A stretch of 63,153 nucleotides of DNA, counting the filler, from Stramenopiles sp. TOSAG23-6 (taxonomy: Eukaryota), in assembly GCA_900128565.1 (NCBI GenBank). It is 48 parts of 48 records of this genome, joined end to end, with 100 filler letters (N's around TTAATTAATTAA, not from the genome) between each part and the next. Parts side by side here need not be neighbours in the genome. Positions count along the whole stretch, not along the records: positions 47,569 to 48,778 come from LT639471.1; positions 48,879 to 50,087 come from LT639472.1; positions 50,188 to 51,396 come from LT639473.1; positions 51,497 to 52,705 come from LT639474.1; positions 52,806 to 54,013 come from LT639475.1; positions 54,114 to 55,321 come from LT639476.1; positions 55,422 to 56,629 come from LT639477.1; positions 56,730 to 57,936 come from LT639478.1; 40 more parts are not named here. One strand, written 5' to 3'. A program made the position numbers and the translations under genes. This document shows, one piece after another, positions 47,569 to 60,716 of the stretch; position 1 is the first letter of the stretch; every line of letters begins with the position of its first letter. The notes under the pieces were generated by a model, which was not told the origin of the DNA, did no database searches, and worked only from the letters and a program-made list of their open reading frames with translations.

Positions 47569-48712
47569 TGGTAGATGCCGATAGTATAGAGAGATCAGTG
47601 AATCGGGGTGTGACTATTCTTAAACTTTTGCGAGATATCGCCCAAGAATTTACCACTAAAAAACAAGGGAAAAAGGACCCTAGTATGGTCTTCGCAGACT
47701 TGGGTATGACGGCTTCTGTGCTTTTGTTGGAATTAAAGCGTTGCAACAGGGAAGTATTTGTTGGTCTTCACGAATCAAAGAAGCTTGTTACTGCAAAAAA
47801 GGAATCTCTTGATGCAGCTTTTCTTGGTTTGCAAAATCTTGAATATGAAAAAGCTCATTTACTACGTCAAATTGAACGAAACCAGTCAATTAAGACTGTT
47901 GAAATGGACAAAATAAAACTTGTATCTGAAAAAGAGTACAAAAAGTCGACTGGTGATACTTTAAAACGGCATGGTAATGACCGACATGCATATCAGTTAA
48001 GTCGCTTAGCTCATGAACTATCAACACGACAATCTCAGCATCAAGCTGGCGAGGAGCTTGAATTTAAGCGAGTTGCAATAAGCCGCCAGACTGCGGCGAA
48101 GTCTCAATTTATTAGTGGCCTGCCACGCCATCTCCGACAAATCGAAAAGTCTACTGAACCCCTACAAAAGTACATTAAAATGCCAACATCATTGCGTCGT
48201 AAGAAACATGAACGTGCTAAATCATTGCCTTCGCCTTTATACGTGCTTTACTGTCAATTTGAAGGATATATTGACGCTTTTTCTTCACAACAGTCTGGAA
48301 GCGTCTCTAACATCAGGTACGTTTTCATTTGAATTTCGATTTTTTTTTTTTTGGTAAAAAAATTTTGTACCTAAAGCAAAACAAAATTATTATTTTGTAC
48401 ATATCAGTATACACATTTACGACGAGGAAGAAGAAAACGAAGAAGAGCGAAGACGAAAGTTTCCTTCTAGAAAACGAAAACGGGTCGAGAAGGATATCGG
48501 TGCTAGCAAAACTAATAAAATTGCAGAGAAATCTGTCGTTGTTGAAAATTCTACTATTAAAACAGACCAATTGAATTGTCCTGTTGGACTTGGAATTTAT
48601 CTCAGAATAGAAGTTGAAGATAAAAGCGGTAGACAGGCAGTTGATATTATATTTAGACATTTACCTTTACTTAATGCCGTTACTGCTGAAACACGTGGGC
48701 ATCCTAACGCAT
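47569..48712 (+). CDS. THOC5: THO complex subunit 5, partial (GT-AG intron 48317-48407)
   Basis: LKRCNR, LQNLEYEKAHL, RLAHEL..R, PLQKY, LPSPLYVLY. Confidence 0.88.
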
Positions 48713-48878
48713 GTATGTTTTATTTTTTTTTCAAATTCGAATTTTTTTTTCGTACGAAATTTTGTACCTAACGATTTTNNNNNNNNNNNNNNNNNNNNNN
48801 NNNNNNNNNNNNNNNNNNNNNNTTAATTAATTAANNNNNNNNNNNNNNNNNNNNNNNNNNNNNNNNNNNNNNNNNNNN

Positions 48879-50087
48879 CTACGAATACAGATAATAGCTC
48901 AGATGATACAACTGATGTTACTAAAATCAAGTTACATGTATTAACAACAAACAAGCGTGCATCTAGTTTTTATCTGGGTTTGAATTTTTCTATAGGAAGT
49001 ATAAAGAGTCCCTATTTTTTAGGATACTCTGCGTATCGTATGATTCTTCAAGTCAGTCCTACACATGCATGGCAAAGATGCAATTGTTGCAGTCGATGGC
49101 GATTTGTAGTGGATAGAAATATTAAAACTTTGTGTAATACAGAATCGCAAGGGCTTCGATATCAGATTCAAAAAGACTTATATACGTTTCAGATCTCTCA
49201 GGCTCTCGAACAGACTAGGATCAAGTGGAAACGATTGAAGGCTCATATTCAAAAACGGCGCGAAAAAGAATTACAATTAGAAAAACAGAGAAAAAGAGAA
49301 AGAGAGCAAGACGACATCCATGGTAGAGATTTTCATCAATCTAAAAGAAGCCGTATTTCGATAAATTTCCAAAATTTATCAAATTCAATAAACACGTTAC
49401 CTGCTACGAGAGACCCATCTACTGTAGCAACACTTCAAAAGAAACTAATGCAAGCGCGTGGGAAATTATTATCAGCTGTGTCGCTCCGTCCTATTGATAC
49501 TGCAGTTTGTGTGAAACAACTTAAAAAAATTTGGAAATATTTGAAAACCACAGATGGAGCTTGTCTATTAGATATAGACAAGACAGGTGTTCGAAGGACT
49601 GTCGAAAATCTAAAGAATCATGCCAATAAAGATGTAAATACATTTGCCAATATATTATCTGAATGGTGGCGAAATTGTTATGCTGAGGATTTCGCGGCTG
49701 GGCTACGTAGTAATCAAGTGTCAATCAAAACTGTACAGAAACCAAAAGTCTCGCAACTATTATTTGGGGGAGGTAATAATCCTTCTGCAGGTGTTACGGC
49801 TTCAATCTCATCTTGGAAGAAAATGCAAAAAGCGCGAGAAAAAAAAGCACAAATGAGTGCACATGCGAAAGCAGCTAAACTGCTAGCTTCTAATAAGAAA
49901 AAAGGTATTAAACGTTTTAAACCTAGGTCAAATCCTACAACTCTAAGAAATTCAATACACAACTCTTCAGCTTTCTCCGATTCTTCTTCTCATGGTATAC
50001 AAAAGGCTAAATTATCAATAAAAAATAAGCAATGTGATTTTAATGAAGTTTCCACTAAGTTTGTGAATGATGATAAAAATATTTTGA
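48879..50087 (+). CDS. Multidomain nuclear protein: GNAT-like end, CW-finger-like motif, TFIIS-N-like domain
   Basis: IKLHVLTTNKRASSFYLGLNF; WQRCNCCSRWR; KTGVRRTVENLKNH...ANILSEWWR. Confidence 0.55.
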
Positions 50088-50187
50088 NNNNNNNNNNNNN
50101 NNNNNNNNNNNNNNNNNNNNNNNNNNNNNNNTTAATTAATTAANNNNNNNNNNNNNNNNNNNNNNNNNNNNNNNNNNNNNNNNNNNN

Positions 50188-51396
50188 CAGCCTTTTCATC
50201 ACGAGTACCACCACAAAGGACAGTCAAACCAGTAGCAAGCTCCGTAAAGTCAACTACACCATCACCATTTGTATCGAAGATATCATATAAACGACTCAAT
50301 ACCATTCGAGTCTTATCCTGGTCCGACAACGTTTGTGGGGGTCCAGCACCCACGAGAGCTTCAAAACAATCAGCAAAGTCTTGAGTTGATACGTATCCTT
50401 CATCATCAGTGGCATTAGCAAATAGTTCAAGTACTTCATCAACACTAAATGATCCCAAGTTTGTCAAACGACGAACTTCGCCAAGAGAGACCCATCCTGG
50501 AGCTGCATCAGTCGCAGCAGTCAATGCACCAGATGAGTTTTCAGTTGGTGTAGAATACCAGTCTTGGAACTCTTCAAAAGTCAACATACCATCTTCATCA
50601 ACGTCAGCTTCGACAAAGGCTTGGCGGGCAGTTACATCCGCAAGTTCTTCTGGGCTTACACCACCCATGCGTGTTGCCACACCTGGCTGAGTTTCATACA
50701 TNACTTTNAATACGGAGGTCAAATATCGTGTCATTTCGTCAAGAGAGATGACACCATCACCATTGTAATCATACAACGAGAAAGCTGCTGCAGCTTTCTG
50801 ATCACGAGTACCACCACAAAGGACAGTTAAACCAGTAGCAAGCTCCGTAAAGTCAACTACACCATCACCATTTGTATCAAACAAGTCGTACAAACGGCTG
50901 AGAACAAGTCGTGTCTTTTCTTGGTCATCATAACTTTGTTCAGGACCAGAGCCTACGAGAGCTTCAAAGCAATCAGCAAAGTCATCAGTTGATACGTATC
51001 CTTCATCATCAGTTGCGTTAGCAAATAGTTCAAGTACTTCATCGACGCGAAATGCTCCCAAGTTTGTCAAACGACGAACTTCGCCAAGAGATACCCATCC
51101 TGGAGCTGCAGTAGTAGCAGCAGTCAATGCACCAGATGAGTTGTCAGTTGGCTGTGAATACCAGTCTTGGAACTCTTCAAAGGTTAACATACCATCTTCA
51201 TCAACGTCAGCTTCAGCAAATGCCTGACGTGCCGTAGCGTCAGCAAGTTCGTCTGCATCTACTCCACCCATACGTTCCAAAGTTCCAGGCTGAGCTTCGT
51301 ACATTACTCTAAATACGGAGGTCAAATATCGTGTCATTTCGTCAAGAGAAATGACACCATCACCATTNTAATCATACAACGAGAAAGCTGCTGCAG
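50188..51396 (-). CDS. Multi-EF-hand protein with a 201-aa (about 603-bp) tandem unit, internal fragment
   Basis: DYNGDGVISLDE, DVDEDGMLTFEE and DTNGDGVVDFTE each occur twice. Confidence 0.9.
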
Positions 51397-51496
51397 NNNN
51401 NNNNNNNNNNNNNNNNNNNNNNNNNNNNNNNNNNNNNNNNTTAATTAATTAANNNNNNNNNNNNNNNNNNNNNNNNNNNNNNNNNNNNNNNNNNNN

Positions 51497-52645
51497 GTTT
51501 GAGAAAAGGGTTTAAAGACTTCACCATTTGTAATTTTCAATGTCAACGAAGTACTGAGGATATTGATAGATCATGCAAGATTAGTATTCAAGGAAAATTA
51601 AAAGTACTTTCAGTTTCAAAGAGATGCATAGATTGTTCAAGTGACACATGTAAATCAAATATTCCTGAGTTGTGTTATAATTTGAGTAAAGACATTGTAG
51701 GGAAGATTGTTGATGACATTGAACATTTAAATGAACATTTAAATGAAAATTTAAATGAAAATTCAGGTGAACACCCTCATCATATTTGTGATTCAAAAAC
51801 ATCTGGACATGTATGGTCATCCATGAGTACCCAAGGCAGGGATATGACAAATGATATCGAAACTGAGAATGTTAAGAATAAAGCACCAACACAGAAAGAA
51901 TTGAGCCATGAAGACATACAAAAATTGAAGAGATTTTTTCATTTTGCAAGGATACATCAGACTTGCCCCACATTTCCTTTTTGTAACCACATTCCTCCGC
52001 CTCCACCCCTTATCCCTGATCCAGCCTTAATTGAACACCCGATGAATGATAGTTCTTCAAGTATGTATGTTTTATTTTTTTTTTAACAAAACCTAACGTT
52101 TTTTTTTTCAAATATTTTCCCAAAATACATTCTTCCACACATACCAGGACAAAGAGGGTTACCTGCAATGTGGGATACTAGGAAATTGCCACTTGAACCA
52201 TTTAACCCTGATAATGCAAAACTGAGAGGAAAGTTATATAAAGAATCTCAATCATTTGAGAAACAGAAAATCCTTTCTGTAAATTCCGCATCATTATTTT
52301 CATCTTCAGCTAATAGCGACGACAAACGACACAACCAATCAGAAGCTGAGAAAAAAAAGACTGATGAGGAACGAAACATTAAAGAGTTACTCATAGCAGA
52401 TCAAAAGACAATAGAGACATTTTCCCCAGTTAATGGTAAGCATAGGGGTCCTGGCCCTGGTGCTTTGCAAAGTGGAACTAAATTACCTGCAGGGATGCTG
52501 CCATTTATGTCTCATTCATATGATATTGGCCGAAGAGAATCGCCGAGAGAACTTAATCCATTCACTAAGGGGGGCGGTGCTCTTCAAAATTGGAATTATC
52601 AATATAATCTCTACAATAAAGCTTTTGGGAATGTCAAAGGACCTT
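51497..52645 (+). CDS. Hypothetical protein, 2 exons (66-nt GT-AT intron 52065-52130)
   Basis: Two ORFs are joined in frame by intron removal (SSSI|LPHIPG). Confidence 0.55.
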
Positions 52646-52833
52646 GTACGTTTACATCATTTTCATTTCAAAATTGCTTACGTAGTAAATTTCGTACCCA
52701 ACAAGNNNNNNNNNNNNNNNNNNNNNNNNNNNNNNNNNNNNNNNNNNNNTTAATTAATTAANNNNNNNNNNNNNNNNNNNNNNNNNNNNNNNNNNNNNNN
52801 NNNNNCGAAATTGAAAAAAAAAATAAAACGTAC

Positions 52834-53982
52834 ATTCTCTTTGGTGCCTCGTACAAATGAACCAGGAGGGTAAGCTTCATACCACTCAGGTGAAGATCCA
52901 TAGTCCTTCATCAATCGAAAACCTCGACTTGCAAATGAACCATCTGGTTTATTTCGTGTATTCAACATTTCAGAACTGTTTCCAGCAGCTCCTGATGATG
53001 AATAGTAGAAATTATAACGAGCACCGAGGTCAGGGATGTCACCAGAGTTAGAGAGAAATGTAACCGAAACGATATGTCCATCAGCCCCCTGACCAGCCGC
53101 CCCAGTTGCTGGATCAAATTTGTGTTCACTGACTTCAACATCTTGAATGATTCCACCAGGTAGACTTTCCAATGCTTTTTCGACTGTACTTGCCAGATTT
53201 GGACCTTTAAAGTCGATAGCTTCTGTTGTCAACTTTTCCCCATCCTCAGTAGTGAAAATAAGGGAAAACCATAGCTGTTTAACCTCAGAATTTGCTGGGG
53301 GGGAACTTGGATCAACAATTCCTGCGTAAAATGTAAAAGCCTCGTCGATATTACTAGCTCCATCTTCTTTATAGTAATAGCCGAAAGATTGAACTGCGTT
53401 TTTGTTTTGAAGACGAGTAACAGGATCGTCGCCTTTGGGACATAGTCGTAATGAACAATCGGGACCACTGTAACCAACATCACAAACACAAGACTGTGTT
53501 TTTAATGCATCCCAAGCGTTATAGTCAGGATTAAGATCAGCTGCACGTTTACAAACGCCGTGGCCTGAGCAGTCATTTGCACAAGCTGCTCGAATGCATC
53601 CTTCACCTTCGTATCCTGAGAAACATTCGCAAAGTCCTGTTTGTCTGTTACAAATCCCCTTGTTTGAACATTCGCGGTAAAAATGACCTTCATCCCATGA
53701 AGAAACTCGTGTATCTGCTGCTTTTGCATGATTTGAAGGATGCATTTCCCATTGTTTTGCACCACTCCATTGAACATTGTATTCCGTTGGTGTTATTGAG
53801 CAGACTCGAATATTATGATTATCATTTTCATTGTTTACAACAGTTTTAGTTGCTGCGGTTTCATTAAAAGATTCTGGATAATGTATAACTGAGGCACCAG
53901 GAAGATAATATGCATCTTCAAGAGCATCTGAGACGAGCGAGGTTGGTGTGAAATCTGCGGGGAAGGCATAACCATATCGTAC
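52834..53982 (-). CDS. Tubular mastigoneme-type EGF/tenascin-repeat protein (stramenopile), internal exon
   Basis: EGHFYRECSNKGICNRQTGLCECFSGYEGEGC, CSGHGVC, AWDA.K...CVCD.GY.GPDCSLRLCPKGDDP, GTKEN. Confidence 0.82.
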
Positions 53983-54113
53983 ACGTATTGTGAAAAAATA
54001 TTTCAAAATTGTTNNNNNNNNNNNNNNNNNNNNNNNNNNNNNNNNNNNNNNNNNNNNTTAATTAATTAANNNNNNNNNNNNNNNNNNNNNNNNNNNNNNN
54101 NNNNNNNNNNNNN

Positions 54114-54654
54114 AGAAGCTGTAATATGGACGGCACCTATGGAACGATTAAAAGTTCTTCGACAAACTGAAGCTACCATGGTAAATGTCAAAGGAAGTGG
54201 AGGTTTATTATCAACTGCCATTAAAATTATTCAAACCCAAGGTTTTGTAGGTTTGTACCGTGGTTGCCTTGCAACGTGTTTACGCCAAGGATCATCACAT
54301 ATGACAAGATTTGCTATATACACACCCATTCGTAATTTTCTGCTAGTCAACACAACAGACCGAAAATTAGGTGCCCCATCACCAGCATGGGTTTCTATGA
54401 CTGCTGGAGGACTTGCCGGATCACTTAGTGTCTGTCTAAATAATCCTGTCGATGTAGTGAAATCACGAATTCAAGCTGTAGGTTCAAAAGAAACAGGAAT
54501 TATCTCTTGTGCACGTTCAATTATTAAAAATGAAGGTATTGCATCATTTTTCAATGGTCTATCCGCCAGGGTCCCTCGTTTGTTCTTTTCCCAGGCAATT
54601 ACGTTCACTGTGTATGAACGAGCTTTGTCTAGTTTACTAGATATTAGTGAATAA
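54114..54654 (+). CDS. Mitochondrial carrier (SLC25, tricarboxylate or succinate-fumarate-like), C-terminal two-thirds
   Basis: PMERLKVLRQ and PVDVVKSRIQ signatures; GLYRG...RQ. Confidence 0.88.
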
Positions 54655-54778
54655 AAAAATGCTATATTTCGTATTTTGTGTTCATCTATATTTTTTTATG
54701 TATTGTTTTTATTTTCAATTTTATTTATTGTACATTTTTCTTAATTTTTATTATAGTAAACAAGAAAAACTCATAAAA

Positions 54779-55246
54779 TCAGTCAGTAGCATCTGAAACA
54801 CCTTCTTCCGTAATGGAGAAACAAGCTTGAGCCTCAGGAAGATTTGGAGAGTCGACAATAGTAACAATTCTTTGATCTCCTCGGCCTTTTCGAAACTTGA
54901 GACGTGTAGTTGACGCATGTGCCATAATATTTCCACCAATAGGTTTAAGCCCATCTCCTCGAAATGACATAGCATCTGGTGATGAAACGACTTGATTTGT
55001 TATTACAACAGCTACTCCAAACTCATCTGCAAGTTTTGAAAGACCGCGTAAAAATTGTGCCATGTGTTGCTGACGCGCTGCTAACTCACCTCTGCCGGTG
55101 TAATCTGTTCGATAAAGCGCTGTTGCACTATCAACAATTAGTAAAGCATATCTGCACTCAGCCATCATCGCAGCAGCATTGCATAGAAGTTTCATTTGAT
55201 GTTCGGAATTGAAGGCTCGGGCATATGCTACGTTATCAAGTACATC
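54779..55246 (-). CDS. RAD51: DNA recombinase Rad51, last exon
   Basis: [44 protein letters not shown]; preceded by acceptor ...CACAATACAT with no AG. Confidence 0.96.
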   Translation of the reverse strand, partial: DVLDNVAYARAFNSEHQMKLLCNAAAMMAECRYALLIVDSATALYRTDYTGRGELAARQQHMAQFLRGLSKLADEFGVAVVITNQVVSSPDAMSFRGDGLKPIGGNIMAHASTTRLKFRKGRGDQRIVTIVDSPNLPEAQACFSITEEGVSDATD

Positions 55247-55421
55247 ATGTATTGTGAAAAAATATTAAAAAAAAAACTTAAATTTGTTAGGTACAAAATT
55301 TCGTACGAAAAATAAATTCGANNNNNNNNNNNNNNNNNNNNNNNNNNNNNNNNNNNNNNNNNNNNTTAATTAATTAANNNNNNNNNNNNNNNNNNNNNNN
55401 NNNNNNNNNNNNNNNNNNNNN

Positions 55422-56629
55422 ATTACTTTATTTTACGTCGGATCCGTTTCAAGATGTTGTAGAGATTGCATTAAATGCTTTGTCATCTACATGGATGTCG
55501 TTTGAACCAAGTGTACAGCAAAGTGTAACACAACAACCATTTGAAGTGCTTTATATGAAAGATTTATATCAATTTCTAATTTCCAAAGTTGAAGTTTTTG
55601 GAAACACTAGACAAGAAAATATGCGTATTTCATGTAGTAATGATGTCTTTGAAAAAGAGACTATTGATATTCATCTTTCTTTTATACTTGGCTCTATACA
55701 AGGATTGATCTATTGGAAAGCTTCTTTGATTTTGAAAACATATATAATTGATCAAAATAATGATAAGAATAATTTAAATGTAGATAATTACTCTGGTGCA
55801 AGGACTTGTCCTTCTATTTGTAATAATAATATTCTGTTTTTGCTACAAAAGTGTGGTTCCTTTATGAGTATTGATTTAATTATAGAATGTTTTGAAAAAA
55901 TCATTGAACCGTTGACACAGATGCTGGTTAACCCTAACCCTAATGGATCGAAGATAAATCATTCAAAATATTGGGGTAATTTATTAGCAATGGTTCAAGT
56001 GTTTTTATCCTATGTGCATGGTAACGTATTCAAAAAAGAAGATGTGAAAAACCAATCAAAAGAACATCTCAATGATTGTTTGAATNNNNNNNNNNNNNNN
56101 NNNNNNNNNNNNNNNNNNNNNNNNNNNNNNNNNNNNNNNNNNNNNNNNNNNNNNNNNNNNNNNNNNNNNNNNNNNNNNNNNNNNNNNNNNNNNNNNNNNN
56201 NNNNNNNNNNNNNNNNNNNNNNNNNNNNNNTGTTTGTATGTCCTACACGAAATATTTGATTATTGTTGTTGTAATACTAATGTTTCACTGCAGCTAAATA
56301 CCAAAATGAATGATATCGTCGCATTATGTTGTTGTTTCAATGTTTCATTTGAAGACAGAAAAGATGATAATGATAAGTATTCTTTTATAACCTCATGGGA
56401 TGTTCAAGAAATGGGTATATTGCCTTCTATATTAATCGGGAAATTAATAACAAAAAACAAAACAAATATACAATCTTTATATGATCGTTTTCCTGACAAA
56501 ACTGCTCATTCGATTCTACAAAAATTATTTTCGTGGTTACAAATGAATACATCTACAATGAAAACAACAACTCATTTAACAAAGATATGTAATACATATG
56601 ACTCTATATCGCATTCAATAGTACAATCA
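55422..56629 (+). CDS. Hypothetical helical-repeat-like protein, internal fragment
   Basis: Open frames on both sides of an N gap. Confidence 0.45.
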
Positions 56630-56783
56630 NNNNNNNNNNNNNNNNNNNNNNNNNNNNNNNNNNNNNNNNNNNNTTAATTAATTAANNNNNNNNNNNNNNN
56701 NNNNNNNNNNNNNNNNNNNNNNNNNNNNNGGTACAAAATTTCGTACGAAAAAAAAATCAAATTTGAAAAAAAATATGACGTAC

Positions 56784-57725
56784 ATCTTTCGTCCGCTGCA
56801 GCAAGAGTCTTTTCTTCTACAGATGTAGTTAAGTAGCCCAATCGCCAATTCATGAGGAGTACTATAATAGACGCAGAAAAGCCAACAATTCCTGAAATCC
56901 CAACAAGCCAAATGAGCATAAAGATACCACCAATGAAAGCAGAAAGACAAGTAGGTATTAGAGCTAAATATTTGAAATCTTCTACGCAACGCATAATATC
57001 ATTACCCAGGAGTCCACTTTCTTGAAGCTTTGTTGAATCTTTTGATAATCGCATGAATTGTGAAAAAATATTTTTCAAAAAAATCGTTAGGTACAACATT
57101 CCGTACGAAAAAAAAAATGTAAAATGTTGTACCGTTAGGATTCAAAACATACATACTTTTCTGTTGTATTAAGCAAGAAGTCATCGTTACAAAGGTACAA
57201 CTAAAATGATCTAATATAGAGTGACGGCTAAGCATAGAAAAAATACCCTCAAATTGTTTTTGCAATATGTCAATTATTTTTAAAATGAAACAACAATGTC
57301 CTTTTGAAAGCAAACATTATCGTAATATTTCATGTGAACAAATGAAATACAAGAAAAAGTTCTGCGCCAATCAAAGCAACGAGAAAATAAAGAAATGAAT
57401 CATCAATATCAGTATCCTCTATACAGTAAACCAGTTTTCGCAGCAAAAGAGGCCGTGCCACAACACTTAGTAAACCCTGGATAATACCAAACGTGCTACC
57501 AAAACATAGATTTCCTCGTCCGACTAGGTATAAAACATAAAGCAAAGAAGGTTTGCGACCTTTTTTTTTAGAACGTAACAACTCAGTATCCCAAAGACAC
57601 TGAACCTTTTTCATTACTTCGGGGCTTGAAAGCTCTGCTGGAAGATGGCTTGTTTCTTTATCCTTTCCTGTCCTAGCAGAACGAACAAACGAGGTTACCC
57701 AAAATAGACTAAAGTCATATAACAT
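56784..57725 (-). CDS. ABCC/MRP-type ABC transporter, N-terminal transmembrane domain, 3 exons
   Basis: FWVT, KPSLL, ARPLLLRKLV, QKSM|RLS, GNDI.R, AADER. Confidence 0.8.
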
Positions 57726-58036
57726 GGTTGTGCAATTAATTACTCACACTAATATGTGGACACCGAAAAATTTAGTGTTATAAAGAGGTTCAAAGAGGTT
57801 CAAAGAGGTTCCTTGATGCCATGTGGTGATGTTTTATATACTGTGAAACGCAAATGTAATATGAAACCTATATCATATCATATAATGTGTGCAATTGAAA
57901 AATCGAAATCTCAAATCATAATAATTTTAGAGAGAGNNNNNNNNNNNNNNNNNNNNNNNNNNNNNNNNNNNNNNNNNNNNTTAATTAATTAANNNNNNNN
58001 NNNNNNNNNNNNNNNNNNNNNNNNNNNNNNNNNNNN

Positions 58037-59241
58037 TATCTTCAGCAACACGTGCATTATGTATTGCTTCACGCATTGGAGTTGCCATTTTATGACGCAT
58101 TATTTTCCCCGATTCAAAAAGAGGACTTTCTTTTTCTTCATTTTCCTCATCTACAAAATTCGGACCGTCGTCATCTTTTGTCTCTGGCGAAAAATGATTA
58201 TGTTTCACATTTTTTTCAATCGCTCTTCGGAGAGGAGTTTGCATCCGTCGTCGTCGATCTTCCCCCAATGCAATTTTTAGTGCTTCTTTAGCCTCTCGTG
58301 CTCCTTTAATAGCAGAGTGTAATGGAATTACTTTTTGATTGTGTATAGCATCTCGTAACGGAGTTTGTAAACGTCTTTTTTTTTCTGCTGCAACTGCAGA
58401 TTTTAATTTTTCTTGGGCTTCTCTCGCATACTCGATGGCATGTCTAAGTGGCGTCGTTACATTACCATCCGTTTCACTAGGTACAGAATGTCGTAGTATA
58501 GAGTGATCATTTTTGTTTTCTGAATCCAATTCCATTGGTACCAGCTCTTCATCTCTAGAAAATGTAAAATTGTTTATACCGCTTCTAATCGGGGTAGGCA
58601 AGGATTTTCGTCGAGGTCCTCTGCATTTTGATGTAGAAAAACTTAAACGAGGTCTTTTGTGACGTTGTTCGCTTACCAAATTAGTAGGTTGAATAGTCGG
58701 AGCTTGAGAATCTTTCCAATTTTCTTTTTCCAAATTAGTAAGATTAGAATTATCATTTACATTTTTTTGTCCAGCAGATTGAATTGCATTACGCATAGGA
58801 GTCGGAAGTGAATGGTGGCGTGTTTTCCGTGAACTCTGTCGTTGTGTAGAACTTCGTACTTCTCTTGGTGTGGATTGACGTAGTTCTGAAATTGCGTTTC
58901 GCATGGGAGTCGCCATTCGCCTTCTTTTTACATGTTTTTCCTGCTTTTCTGCCAAGAGTTGCTTATGAATTGGCAAAAGAGCCAATGTATGATCGGACGT
59001 TTCCGAATTATTCTGTATTTTATTCACTGTTTCAGTAATTCCAAAACCTTCTCTAGCCACACGTGAGCCTTTACCTAGAAAAGCCTCGTTATATTGGAAC
59101 CGAAACTCTCTTCCCCCAACTGATATTCTGTCATTATCATAAATCTCTATTTTATTTTCACCAATATCACGATTATTTACAAGTGTTTTAAGCGTCTTTG
59201 AAAGATTCTGTGCCCAAACTGTACCGTTTTCATCTATTTGT
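58037..59241 (-). CDS. FHA-domain protein with repeated TP[ML]R.AI motifs (Ki-67-like layout), partial
   Basis: QNLSKTLKTLVN...NDRISVGGREFRFQY at the contig end; seven TPxR repeats downstream. Confidence 0.7.
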
Positions 59242-59411
59242 NNNNNNNNNNNNNNNNNNNNNNNNNNNNNNNNNNNNNNNNNNNNTTAATTAATTAANNN
59301 NNNNNNNNNNNNNNNNNNNNNNNNNNNNNNNNNNNNNNNNNTTCTTCAAAAAAAAAAAAAAAAAATCTACAAAAACAAAATATATATATAAATATATATA
59401 TATGATAGTAA

Positions 59412-60418
59412 TCACCTACATGCTTCGCCTAATAAAGGTACTGCTAAAATGGAACAACGAGCAATTCCAGTTAAAAAATTCCATGTCAAGCCTTTTACAC
59501 GAAATCTTAAAAAATCTGCTAATTCTTTATGTACAACATTTTCTATAAAAACGCCATTATTATGGGTAACTTTAATTCTGATGGAACTTTCCTGTAAAAC
59601 AAGTGGATCAATATTTCGTGCGCAACTAGGCGCTTCAATCATTGGTTTACCTATAGCAATATTTGCTGGAGTATTTATCTTTTTTGTGTGAAAATATTTA
59701 AAAAAAAAAAATGTTTTTTGTAAGGTATGAAATTTAAAATTTTTTTAAAAAATTAAAATTTTTTTTTTTTAAATTTAAAATTTAAAAAAAATTTTTTAAA
59801 TTTTTTTTAAATTTTTTTAAAATTTTTTTTTTTAAATTTTTTTAAAACAAAATAAGTAACGTACGTGTAAAACAATGGGTTGCATCAAATGGATTGGAAA
59901 TGAATTTGGTAAAAGATTGACTTTTCGTGCAGCAATAGTTTGATCAATAATTGGATCTGAATAATAGGATGAAGATTGACCAGTGACAGACCTGTTTTGG
60001 AAAAAATAGTACAAATTTTTTTTTAGATTAAAATATTTGTTAGGTACAAGTTTTACTATGAAAAAAAAATTTACGAAAAAAAAAAAAAAAAAGTAAAAAA
60101 AATCATGATACACTTTGGACACGTGGCATTGAAAAACACGAAAAACATACCCACCCAAAACACTTGTACTTCCACTTCGTATTAAAGCTCTACGTATTGC
60201 TTCAGCAGATTTCGTGATTGTTGGTGGTTTTGTATTTGAATTCAAATTAATATTTTTATATTGTTGATGATGTTTCATTCGAGCATGTATTTTGGAAAAA
60301 TATTTCAAATTTTTTTTGTTAGGTACAAAATTTCGTACGAAAAAAAAAATTCAATTTCAAAATTTAAAAAAAAAATAAATTGTACATGTGTGCCATCAAT
60401 GAATTTCATGTTGGGAAC
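59412..60418 (-). CDS. Hypothetical protein, 4 exons including a 33-nt exon (60386-60418)
   Basis: Continuous frame after removing 60285-60385 (AT), 59992-60150 (AG) and 59679-59864 (AG). Confidence 0.6.
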
Positions 60419-60716
60419 ATTTTGTGTATGAAAATATTTCAAAAAAAAAAAAAATCAAAATTTTGTTCATTTTTTATTCGATATGATTTGTTTTTTTAGT
60501 GTCCAAAAAAAAAAAAAAATAAAAAAAAAAAAAAAAAAAAAAAAAANNNNNNNNNNNNNNNNNNNNNNNNNNNNNNNNNNNNNNNNNNNNTTAATTAATT
60601 AANNNNNNNNNNNNNNNNNNNNNNNNNNNNNNNNNNNNNNNNNNNNAAAATTTTTTTCAAAAAAAAAAAAAAAAAAAAAAAAAATTTAAAAAAAAAAAAA
60701 AAAAAATAAAACATAC

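Noticed and set aside
57248-57350. ABCC first intron as another GT-TT case
   Set aside because: An in-frame AG lies 3 nt downstream (TTT-GAG), so GT-AG fits equally well; counted as ambiguous.
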